Below are positions 8,757 through 18,047 of a stretch of DNA of 45,360 bases, piece after piece (the stretch's first letter is position 1; every line of letters starts with the position of its first letter). This DNA is from Chrysochromulina tobinii. Lineage: Eukaryota. Below the pieces are notes generated by a model. The model was not told where the DNA came from. It saw nothing but the letters and a program-made list of their open reading frames with translations, and ran no database searches. A program made the position numbers and the translations under genes. The stretch lies in assembly GCA_001275005.1 (NCBI GenBank), contig JWZX01002518.1, positions 1 to 45,360 of the forward strand. The letters run 5' to 3'.

Positions 8757-10627
8757 ATGAGGAGAACGCCCATGCGCCGCGCTCTCGCTCGCTCGCTCTC
8801 GAGCCGCGCGATCGCCGTGATATCGCCGCGTGATGGTCGTGTGTTCGCCGAGATCGCCGATGCATCGGCCGCAGAGGTGGATGCGGCCGTCAGCCGTGCT
8901 GCCACCTGCGCGCGCTCACCATGGGCACGGCCGGAGTCGGTCGACGTACGCTCCGCGTCGCTGCGGGCGCTGGCGGCGGCGATTCGGCGCGAGACATCGC
9001 GACTCGCCGAGCTCGAAACGCGCGATTGCGGCAAACCCATCCGGGAGAGCGTAAGCGACATGACCGCGAGCGCCGCTTGCTTCGAGTACTATGCGGAGAT
9101 CGCGGCGGAGGAGCTCACGCCGCAGCCGCTCGCGCTGCCCGACGAAGCCTTCAGGTCGCGCGTGGTCGCATCCGCGGCCGGTGTTGTCGCATGCGTCACA
9201 CCGTGGAACTTCCCACTCCTGCAGGCCTCCTGCAAGGTGGCGCCCGCGCTCGCCGCCGGATGCGCGACGCTGCTCAAACCGTCTCCGCTCGCATCGCTCA
9301 CATGCCTCGAGCTGGGCAAGCTGGCTCAGGCCGAGGCGGGGCTGCCCGAGGGTGCGCTGAGCGTGCTCACCGGCGGCCCGCCCGTGGGCACCTCCGACGG
9401 CGCCTCGCGCCTCATTGAGCACCCTCGCATCGACTATCTCTCGTTTACCGGCTCGACGCGCGCCGGCGTCCAGGTGCGCCCTTCCGGTCCTGATGGCCCT
9501 GATTGCGTCTGATGGCGTCTGATGGCGTCCAGGTGCGCGCCCTACCGGTCTTGATGGCCTTTGATGGCCCCCCGAGCGCCCCCTGATTGCGTCTGATTGC
9601 GTCTGATTGCGTCTGATCCTCGGCGCTTTCGTGGGCGCTGTCCAGATGCTCGGCGCGAGCGCGCCGCACGTGCGCCGTACCGGCCTGGAGCTTGGCGGCA
9701 AGGGCGCACTCATCGTCCTCGAGGACGCGCCCATGACGGCGCTCGTCGATTGGGCGATGATGGGGATCTTCATGACGTCGGGTCAGGTGTGCTGCGCGAC
9801 CTCGCGCCTGCTCATACACGTCTCGCGCAAGGACGAAGTGCTTGAGGCGCTGCGGGCGAGCGCGGCGGCGGTGCGGATGGGCGACCCTCTCGACGAGACG
9901 ACCCAAATGGGTGCCGTCATCACGGAGGAGGCTGCCTTGCGCCTCGTCGGAGCGGTGGCACAGGCGCGCGCCGAAGGCAGCATCCTCGTCTGTGGCGGCG
10001 GGCGCGTCGCGGCGGGCGCGTTACCGGCTGCCCTAGCCGGCGGTTACTACGTGCAGCCGACAGTGCTTGCGGACGTCCCTCGGAGTTCATCCGCGTGGCA
10101 GGCGGAGCTCTTCGGCCCGGTGCTATGCGTGCAGAGCTTTGAGAGCGAGGAACAGGCTGTCGCGCTCGCTAACGACTCGCCCTACGGCCTCGCGCATGCC
10201 GTCCTCTCCGCTGACCCAGAGCGGTGTGAACGTGTGGGAGCCCAGCTTGAGGCGGGCACTGTGTGGCTCAACTGCAATCAGGTGAGAGGTCAAGGCCGGA
10301 TGACCACTGATGACCACTGATGGCCTCGGATGGCCTCTGATGGCCTCTGCTGTGCTCAACTGCAATTAGTCGACGTGGCCTCTGATGGCCTCTGATGGCC
10401 TCTGATGGCCTCTGATGGCCTCTGATGGCCTCTGATGGCCTCTGATGGCCTCTGATGGCCTCTGCAACCAGACGACGTGGCCGGTCACACCCTTTGGGGG
10501 CTGGAAGGCGAGCGGCTTCGGCAGGGAATGGGGCGCTGCCGGCATGCATGAGTACTTGCGCCACAAGACGGTCACGAGCGCTGCGCCGGGCTACTCGTGG
10601 AACTACTACGGCGCCTCAACCACGTGA
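8757..10627 (+). CDS. BADH: Betaine aldehyde / aminoaldehyde dehydrogenase (ALDH10-like). Exons 8757(or 8772)..9473, 9646..10281, 10472..10627.
   Basis: Motifs PWNFP, KPSP, FTGST, LELGGK, catalytic GQVCCATSRL, ELFGP and PFGGWKASGFGRE. Phase-0 GT-AG introns 9474..9645 and 10282..10471 join the frames. Arg/Ser-rich N-terminus resembles a mitochondrial presequence. Confidence 0.88.
10381..10460 (+). repeat. Intronic 10-bp tandem repeat (TCTGATGGCC)8
   Basis: Eight perfect copies within ALDH intron 2, with degenerate copies at 10298-10350. Confidence 0.95.
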
Positions 10628-11019
10628 CACATGCGGCGTGAACACCGCCGCCCGGCCGCCGCCGCATGCGCCGCCGCCGCCGCCGGGTCAGCGTCCGGTC
10701 ACGCGGTCAGTAGCGTCACGCCTTTATTGAAAACCCGGAAAACCTTTTTGGAAACCGAAATTGATACACTTTGAGCTCCGCCCGAAATAGAGACTGTCCG
10801 ACAGTTATTTCAGGACGTGCCCGCGCTCACGCTCCTCCGTGACCGTGGATCCAGCCTATACTGACTCTGTGCTCACACCTCGGGTCCTCCCTCTCTATAC
10901 GGAGCGAGTACAGTTTTTGGAGGTGCCGTATGCGTGCGCATGAACGGCGACGACGCAGCGCGCCGCTCAACTGCGCGCATCCTCAGCAGCCATGTCCCAG
11001 CCTCTGCCCGAAGATCCAC

Positions 11020-11750
11020 TTAAACGCGGTTGCGGTTGGAGAGCTCGCGGTCGCCACGGCGCGAATCGTACGTGTCGAAGAAATCGTCGTCGTCGTCCTG
11101 GTACGACTGCCACTGGCTGAAGGCGAAGCCAATCGCGAAGATAACAGTGAGGAGCACGAAGCCGAGCGAGTCGTCGTTGATGCCGAGGGCCTGCGCGGCG
11201 CGATGTGCGAGGAAGGCGGCGATGAGCGGAGAGGTTGGTGGTGGGACAGGCGAGATTTTCGCGTGCCGGTAGCGCGCAGCAGGTGCTGGCCGGAGCCTCG
11301 CCCGCAGCAGCCATGCAGGTAAATTGTGCCGTCATTCCGAGCTCGCAGAGCCAGGCGCAACGCGACCCGTGCGCGCGCAGAGCACAGGGCAGGGGGAAGA
11401 TGATCACAACTGCCGCTGCTCCGCGTGTGGCGCCTTGCTCGGAGGAGCGAGCGCGCGCGCGCGCCGCCGACACGCGATGGCGCGCGGTGCAGATGGGTAA
11501 TCTTGTGCTGTGAGCGCACCTTGCCAGTGCCCTCACCGCCCGGCTGGTCGCCAGCAAGCGGACCAAAGTCGAGACCGCCGTTGACGCCAAGAACGGACTT
11601 AGCGTGCGCAGCCTCCGAGTGAAAGGTGACAGCGAGCGCCGCCGACGACGCGGCGAGCTTGGAGAGGTGCTGCTGCAGCTTGGGCGCGGACGGCATCTGG
11701 AAGCACTCCGCAGACGCGAGGAGCATGGCAGCGATGAGCTTCTGCATCAT
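11020..11750 (-). CDS. psbW: Photosystem II subunit PsbW precursor. Exons 11750..11520 and 11190..11020.
   Basis: Signal peptide ending ASAEC-F and an AxA thylakoid processing site (AAHA). After removing GT-AG intron 11191..11519 the product reads GEGTGK|ALGINDDSLGFVLLTVIFAIGFAFSQWQSYQDDDDD, matching the PsbW pattern (EGTG-x-LG-x-N, one TM helix, acidic tail). Confidence 0.8.
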
Positions 11751-11982
11751 TTTCCAAGCAAGACCGTCGCAGCGAGGTTCTGAAGAGATCGACCACTCAA
11801 TTTGGGCGAGTTTTCACAGCGGAATCGCTCACCTCGACGCCGTCGAGTGACATGTGCAGGATGTGCTTCTCCCCCCGGTGTCTTTGAACAAGTGCTACAC
11901 TCAACCGTTGCTAGAACGAGTGCTCTATGCTAGAACAAGTGAACCCCAACCGAACGCCCGCGAACCCCACAAAATCAAAAAG

Positions 11983-13143
11983 TCAAACCCACGCCCCGTT
12001 GAGCCCTCCCTCGCCGTCCTCGTCGACCAGCAGCGGCGGCACCGCCTCCGGATCCGCCGCCTCGTCGGCGTCGGCCTCCCACGCCCGCAACCCGCCCTCC
12101 ACTGTCCGTACGTCCGCGAAGCCGGCTGCGACGAGCACAGCGGCAGCCCCCTTGGCGAGCTTGCCATCGGCGCACAGCAACACGATCGTCTCGGCGCGCG
12201 TGCACACGGCGGCGACCTCCGACGCGAACGCTTCGCTCGGCAGGTAAAACCCATGCTCCCACGTATACGCGGCGAGGTTAGTGGAGCCTCCCACGTGACC
12301 TTCGAGCCTCCATTCCGCAGGCTGGCGCACGTCAATCAGCATGGCGCTGCCTTGCAGGGCGAGCGCGGCCGCCTCGGCGGGAGACACCTCGCGAGGCGCG
12401 GCCGCCGCCGGTGGGGGCGAGGGCGGCGGCGGCGAGGGCGAGGGCGGCAAGGGCGGCGGCAAGGGCGAGGCGTCCGGGTCGACCCTCATGCCCTCGAGGT
12501 CCCGCGGCATGGCGGGGTTGAGCCAATAAGCACCCGGTGTGGAGAGGTCCGCCACGCGAAGCGCGAGCGCCGCGCTCTCCTCTCCCACAAGGTCGAGGCA
12601 CACGTCAGCCACACCCTCGAGCTCCGCCGCCACCTGGCCGCCCTCGTCGCGCGGCAGTGCCACGGTGCGCATGCCCGCGCCTAGCGCAGCGGCCACCTGC
12701 TGCAACGTCGTGACCAGCACAACGCAATACGCCGCAATCGGCTCGCGTCCGAGGCCGCCGGGACGACGGCCGAAGCCATCGGAGCCACCAAAGCCGTTCG
12801 GAGCGTCCACGTGTAGCCTCAGGCGCAGCGCACTCATCTCGGCTATGGTCGGCTCGCTCGACGAGAGCGGCCAGCACAGAGCGCCGTCACGCATCGCAGC
12901 ATCCTCCACAGGCCTGCCGGGAGGCTCGAGAAATGCGACCAGTGCGCCTTGCTCTAGTGCCTCCGCCTTGAGCCTTGCGATGCCGGCGTGGTCCACGACG
13001 TCGCGACTCAGGATGATGGCCTCGCACTGATCGATGTTACGCAGCATGGCGATGCGAGCTGAACGCGAGGCTCGCTGCATGGTCAGCGTGCAGTACTGAG
13101 GGGCAAAAGCGAGCGCCGTCAAGACTGCCGAGAAGAGGATCAT
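11983..13143 (-). CDS. Plastid-targeted rhodanese-domain protein with a degenerate HAD-like N-terminal region
   Basis: Signal peptide ending ALA-FAP; C-terminal LIDVRQPAEW..GHVGGS..., IVLLCADG, GFADVRTVEGGLRAW; CVVL...AALGAGMRTV resembles a HAD C-terminal motif. Confidence 0.75.
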   Translation of the reverse strand: MILFSAVLTALAFAPQYCTLTMQRASRSARIAMLRNIDQCEAIILSRDVVDHAGIARLKAEALEQGALVAFLEPPGRPVEDAAMRDGALCWPLSSSEPTIAEMSALRLRLHVDAPNGFGGSDGFGRRPGGLGREPIAAYCVVLVTTLQQVAAALGAGMRTVALPRDEGGQVAAELEGVADVCLDLVGEESAALALRVADLSTPGAYWLNPAMPRDLEGMRVDPDASPLPPPLPPSPSPPPPSPPPAAAAPREVSPAEAAALALQGSAMLIDVRQPAEWRLEGHVGGSTNLAAYTWEHGFYLPSEAFASEVAAVCTRAETIVLLCADGKLAKGAAAVLVAAGFADVRTVEGGLRAWEADADEAADPEAVPPLLVDEDGEGGLNGAWV

Positions 13144-13321
13144 CGCGGCCGCCTCGACGCGGGAAAGGTTTGATGTTCATGCTGGAAGGAGCTCAACACC
13201 ATGAGAATTCCGCAATCACGAGATGAAACGCGATGTCCGCTCCAGTCCAAATCTAGCTTCCGCAGTCGGAGTACAACGCCGGGTTTTTGACGATTCTGTC
13301 CGAAACCTCTGGTTTGGGGCG

Positions 13322-15217
13322 ATGGTCTTCATGTATGTCATCTCCGTCGCCGCCGCAGCCTCGCCGCTGCTACTGTCAGCCGAGCGCAATATTGTGATGC
13401 CGGTTTACCGGCCGCTACTGCAGCCGGCCCGCCGATGGCCACTGCCGCGGTCGCGTAGCATTCGACTTGACGAGTCACTCTCGGACGATGCGGTACGTGA
13501 CAAGCTCGCTCGCCTCCGCAATCGTAAACCAGTGGCGCGGCCCTCGGCGGCTTCAGTGTCGCCGGAGGCGGTGGCATCGCCCGCCAACGAAAAGGAGAAA
13601 GAGTTCTCATTCATGGCGCCTCCGCCCGGCCTCGAATGCAATGATGACGACGAGTGCGTGCTGCCCGAGTTGGCGGATGGGGACGAGGACAAATCGGCCA
13701 ATGACGAGGGGCCCGCACCGATCGACCGGCTGCGGGCGACGGTGGCCGCACGCGCCACGGCGGCTGCGCCGCTGGACGAGTCGGCCGCGGCCGAGATCCG
13801 CACCTTCCTCAACGAGTACCTCGGTGACGAGATGCTCGGCTGGGTTCTGATTCACACGGAGTTGGGCAAGGAGGCCGCGCGCAAGAACGCGTGGAGCGCG
13901 CGCTCGTGGGTACCCAAGACGGCGCGGATCGAGGCGCTCACGGGGCGCTCGCTCACCGTGCGTGTGGGCGTGCAGGAGCGAGGCAAAGCCGAGCCCACCA
14001 TTCTCATCACGGAGCTAGCCCTGCCAAGGCCGGTGGAGAGTGTCGATGCGCTTCGGGACGTTCTTCTGGAGCTGAGCCAGCCGCCCGAGAGCGAGGGCGG
14101 CAAGGGCGGGAGTGCGGCGATGAGCCCGGGCACGAGCGCCATCCTCCTCCAGCTGCCCGGCGCCACCGACGACTGGTCCCTCCCCGATGACCTGTGGCTC
14201 AATACTTGTCCGTACCCGCGCGCCGTACGGCAGATGTTTTATGAGGATGTGTCGAGTGCGATGCAGGCGGCTGTGGCGGATTTCTCATGCGCGCGCCGGA
14301 TGCGCGTGTGGGTGAGCCCGCCGGAGCTCAACATGGAGATGGACTCGTACCGTGTCGGCTCGCTCCTCGAGCTCGTGCGAGATTGCGCGCTCGGGTTTGC
14401 TAAGCATGGGTTGCGCACACGCGTCTGTGTCCAGGGCTCGATGGGGCAGGGCGCGTTCACCGGAGTGCCGCGCGTGCTGAGCGGGATCCGCAAGCTGCTC
14501 AGTATGATGGACTGGCAGGCGCAGCCGGGCGAGGAGTATGAAGGGCTCCTCACGGGCGGCGACGGGGAGGGCGATGGCAGCGACGGCAGCGGCGCGGGCG
14601 GCGGCGGCGCGGGCGGCGGCGAGGAGGGCGCCTTCGACGGCATGGTGCGCTTTGGCGCGGTCGGGGCGGCGGAAGTGAGTCCGTCGGATGATGTGCTGCT
14701 GGTCTTGGCCCCGCAGAGCATGGTGGGGGCGAGCATCTATGAGCCCCTGCGAGCGATGACCGAGGCGGCCGAGGCGCAGGGCTCGGCCATCATCCTCATC
14801 AACCCGCAGCTGCAGGACCGACAATCCTCCTCTGGGGTAATGGGGGTGCGTGGGCGTGCCGAGCGTCTGGCGTTCGCCTCCTCGTTTGAGGACATCTACA
14901 CCTTCCGCAACATCTACTCGGGCACCACGTTCATGTATCCAATTTTGGGTGGCTTGCGATTGACGCGGCCGGTCGGCGCCGTGTCGGGCGGGCGGCGAGT
15001 GCTTTACCAGAGGCGCGAGAGTGGGGGGCACGAGCGCTATGAGCCCGTCGGCTGCTGGCTGCGCCGTGAGCCCAGCGCGAGCGAGATCACCGAGCTCGTG
15101 CCGAACCAGGTGGTCGGTGTGGGGCCTGCCGGCGGCGGGGCGCAACCTGCGCCGAGCAGCGCGCCCGCACAACCTGCGTCCGCCATTGTCAAGGGGGAGC
15201 GCATGCCGTGGGACTGA
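13322..15217 (+). CDS. Probable plastid protein with a DUF1995 domain (resembles the C-terminal domain of plastid adenylate kinase 5) and a possible DUF2470-like region
   Basis: Hydrophobic N-terminus; PELNMEMDSYRVGSLLELVR, RVCVQGSMGQGAFTGVP, VLAPQ, IILINPQL and SSGVMGVRGRAER motifs recalled for this family. No kinase P-loop seen. Start uncertain. Confidence 0.7.
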   Translation: MVFMYVISVAAAASPLLLSAERNIVMPVYRPLLQPARRWPLPRSRSIRLDESLSDDAVRDKLARLRNRKPVARPSAASVSPEAVASPANEKEKEFSFMAPPPGLECNDDDECVLPELADGDEDKSANDEGPAPIDRLRATVAARATAAAPLDESAAAEIRTFLNEYLGDEMLGWVLIHTELGKEAARKNAWSARSWVPKTARIEALTGRSLTVRVGVQERGKAEPTILITELALPRPVESVDALRDVLLELSQPPESEGGKGGSAAMSPGTSAILLQLPGATDDWSLPDDLWLNTCPYPRAVRQMFYEDVSSAMQAAVADFSCARRMRVWVSPPELNMEMDSYRVGSLLELVRDCALGFAKHGLRTRVCVQGSMGQGAFTGVPRVLSGIRKLLSMMDWQAQPGEEYEGLLTGGDGEGDGSDGSGAGGGGAGGGEEGAFDGMVRFGAVGAAEVSPSDDVLLVLAPQSMVGASIYEPLRAMTEAAEAQGSAIILINPQLQDRQSSSGVMGVRGRAERLAFASSFEDIYTFRNIYSGTTFMYPILGGLRLTRPVGAVSGGRRVLYQRRESGGHERYEPVGCWLRREPSASEITELVPNQVVGVGPAGGGAQPAPSSAPAQPASAIVKGERMPWD

Positions 15218-15516
15218 AAGACCATTGTCAAGTGGCTCCCGAGGGACCGCGAGAGGCCGTGAAGAAACGCGGAACAATTCACATTCATACTACCGAGTCC
15301 CGTGCATGGGGGTCCGGAGAGTGTGCGCTGCGCTGCGCTTTTGAGTTTCACAGCAGCTGCAGCATTTTACCGGTAACACCGCCAATTTGTGTGTTGTCCA
15401 GCTCACACCTCGCCAGGCAAAGGCCGCTTCGTCGCATCGCCGCGCCTTCGCTGCCCGAGAGTGAAGCTAACGCGTCGTTGTCGCACCCTATCGCCACGCA
15501 GATCTTCGCAGCAGCA

Positions 15517-16421
15517 ATGGCGCTCTCGCTTGCGGTCCTCAGCAGGTGCGAGCAGGCCCGTCTTGGACCTGGGGCGCCCAGATTTGGTCTCCGACCCTTT
15601 GCTTGCCTGTCTCTGCAACTACTGCCTTTGTAACCCTGGAGCTCACCGTGGCGACGCGCGCTCTTCTGCTGCCTGCAGCACCGGCTTCGCCGCCCCGATG
15701 GGCGCCGCGACGGGCAGCGCCGCCCCGCTCATCTCAATGAAGATGAAGGGCATGGTCGGCGACGGCGCGCCTCTGGGCTTCTTTGACCCGCTCGGCTTCT
15801 CGAAGGATGCGACGCCCGAGAAGATGAAGATGTGCGTCTCCGCCACGGCTCGAATTAATCTGCGGCTGGCAAGGCGTCGGCCGCGCAGCGAGCGTGGCTT
15901 GCCATGCTTTCGCACGAGACGGCTGTGGCCGAGCGAGCCCTCATCATCATGCATCTCCGACCTCTCTGTTGCTGACTGCACGCTCGCCCGACTGGCGCAG
16001 GTACCGCGAGGCCGAGCTGAAGCACGGGCGCGTGGCGATGATCGCGTGCTTCGGCATGATCACCGCCGACTCCACGTCGCTCTTCCCGCGCGTGTTCGAG
16101 AAGTTCAGCTCAAACCCGCTGGAAGCCTTGACCCAGTGCCCCAAGCTGGGCTGGCTGCAGATCCTCACCTTCATCATGTTCATCGAGGTGCTCGGCATCA
16201 TCAACAGCAGGCGGCCCGACTACGAGCCGGGCAACTTCCTCGGCACCTCGCAGTGGGGTCTGGAGGCCGGTAACGACTTTGGCTGGGATAGCTACCAGAC
16301 CAAGGAACTCAACAACGGCCGGCTCGCCATGTTCGGCGCGATCGGTATGCTCGCCGGCTCGTACATCACGGGCAAGGGACCGCTCGAGGTCATGACGGGC
16401 GGCGGCACCGTCGTCTTCTAA
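15517..16421 (+). CDS. Light-harvesting chlorophyll a/c-binding (LHC/FCP) protein. Exons 15517..15545, 15679..15831, 16001..16421.
   Basis: GFFDPLGF, REAELKHGRVAM and KELNNGRLAM motifs. GT-AG introns 15546..15678 and 15832..16000 (both phase 2) give MALSLAVLSSTGFAAP...KMKMYREAELKHGR. Confidence 0.92.
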
Positions 16422-16915
16422 ACGTGCGGCAGGACCCTCGCAGAGGGCTGAGGGGTGGGCGGAGGCGGCGGCGGCGGCAGCGGCGGCGGCGGCGCTCGGC
16501 TCCTATGAAGGCTCCTGTGAAGGACCAATGGACGAGCGTTCCTGATTGCGTTTGTCGCGATGCCGGGCGCCGAGACGGCTGAACCTGCGCCCGTGTGTGA
16601 ACGTAAGAGTCGGCGAGTGTCAAGCGCGGACAGCGGATGCGGATAGAGGCAGCCCGAGATGCATGTGCGCATGTGGTAGTAACAGCGCGAAGTGTTCAGA
16701 CAATTTGTTCTTTCGCGCGTTGCTTCAGACGGAAAATCATTTCGACAGAAACTCTTGCCATGCACATGAACGAATACACCTCTCCGGAGAGCTGGTTTGC
16801 AGCCTGCAGCCACGTCGCCGTCAACACGTGCTCTGCTCTTGCATCAGCGCGCGGCAGGTCCGTGACGTCATCACGACGTACGTGGTAGCACCGCCATAGT
16901 GCCTCCAAAAGTTGT

Positions 16916-17485
16916 CTATGCAGCCGCCGCCTTCTTCTTCGGGGGAGCCGCGGTCTGCGAGGGCGAGGAGCGAAGCACACAAATGAGACAGAGATGCAGG
17001 CTGGCGGTGGCGCTCGCAGCATTGCGAGGGAACGGCGCCGGCTGAGGACGCGGGCCACATGCGCGGCGTTCGCCGCACGGAGTAGGCAGCGGCTGCGCCC
17101 ACGCATCAGGCAGCTGAGGTGGACCGTTGCCGTTCGTGCCCCGCCTGAAAGGAAGCTGCTTGCTCGAGCAGCTCTGTTGCGCTGGGTGGCTGGCAGGCTC
17201 TGGAGCAGGCGCCCGTGCGGATCGCCGTCTGCGGCGGCTCACCTTCTCGCGGAAGCCGTTCTTGAAGCGGCGCGGCAGCTCCTTCTCGTAGCGCATGCGG
17301 CCAGTGCCGCGGTTCTTCCTGCGAATCATCTTCGCGCCCCAGTTGTAATGCCTGTTGCGCGCCGACGGGTAGCCGCAGGCGCTGCACACCTTCTTCTGAA
17401 GGTGGAACGACGTGCGGCCGCAGCGGCGGCAGGACGTGTGCGTCTTTTGGATCTGCATCTTGTAGGCCTGCTTGGAGTGCGGCAT
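16916..17485 (-). CDS. RPL37: 60S ribosomal protein eL37. Exons 17485..17243 and 16954..16916 (93 aa).
   Basis: [40 protein letters not shown] and [10 protein letters not shown] motifs. GT-AG intron 16955..17242. Confidence 0.93.
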   Translation of the reverse strand: MPHSKQAYKMQIQKTHTSCRRCGRTSFHLQKKVCSACGYPSARNRHYNWGAKMIRRKNRGTGRMRYEKELPRRFKNGFREKVSRRRRRSARAPAPEPASHPAQQSCSSKQLPFRRGTNGNGPPQLPDAWAQPLPTPCGERRACGPRPQPAPFPRNAASATASLHLCLICVLRSSPSQTAAPPKKKAAAA

Positions 17486-18047
17486 GGTTGGCGCAGACTG
17501 ACTTTCTTGGGGATAGAGAGAGCGTCGACGTCGAGGTTGGAAGGAGGGGGGTTGGAAGAAAAGTCACTGCCCAAGACGACGGAATAGTTTGAGGAAACCC
17601 CCGAGGGTTTTAGAAAGAGGTTGTGTCTCCACAAACATTTGATTACACCGCCTCACTGTGGGTGTATGAGTGTCCTCCGACGGACGTAGTAAGACGTAAA
17701 TCGTAATTTCTCGTATCTCGACCGTACATGGTACATGGTTTTAACATGGTTGACCCGGGGCGCGGGGGGTGCCTAATGACCCGGTTTTTTCCGGAGCGTC
17801 TGGAACAAGGTCTCTATTATAAGTATAATGTAAATATCGCGTCATAAGACCACAACTGAAATCTGAATCCAAGAATGGACCGCGTTGGTATCCGTTACGT
17901 GTATCGTGTTCGCACGTGCGTGTTCGATTCAAGTGAGTAGGTTTGGAGGTGCAGGAGGCGGATCCCTCATGGCGTCGCCCTACGCGTACTTGTTCGTACG
18001 GCAATTGTCGTACGGTACACGCGGGAGGCCTATGTTGTATTCTAGAT

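Noticed and set aside
16955..17242. snoRNA in the RPL37 intron
   Set aside because: No RTGATGA C box with terminal CTGA, and no clear H/ACA layout.
17915..17940. tRNA T-loop-like GTTCGATTC
   Set aside because: No cloverleaf pairing around it.
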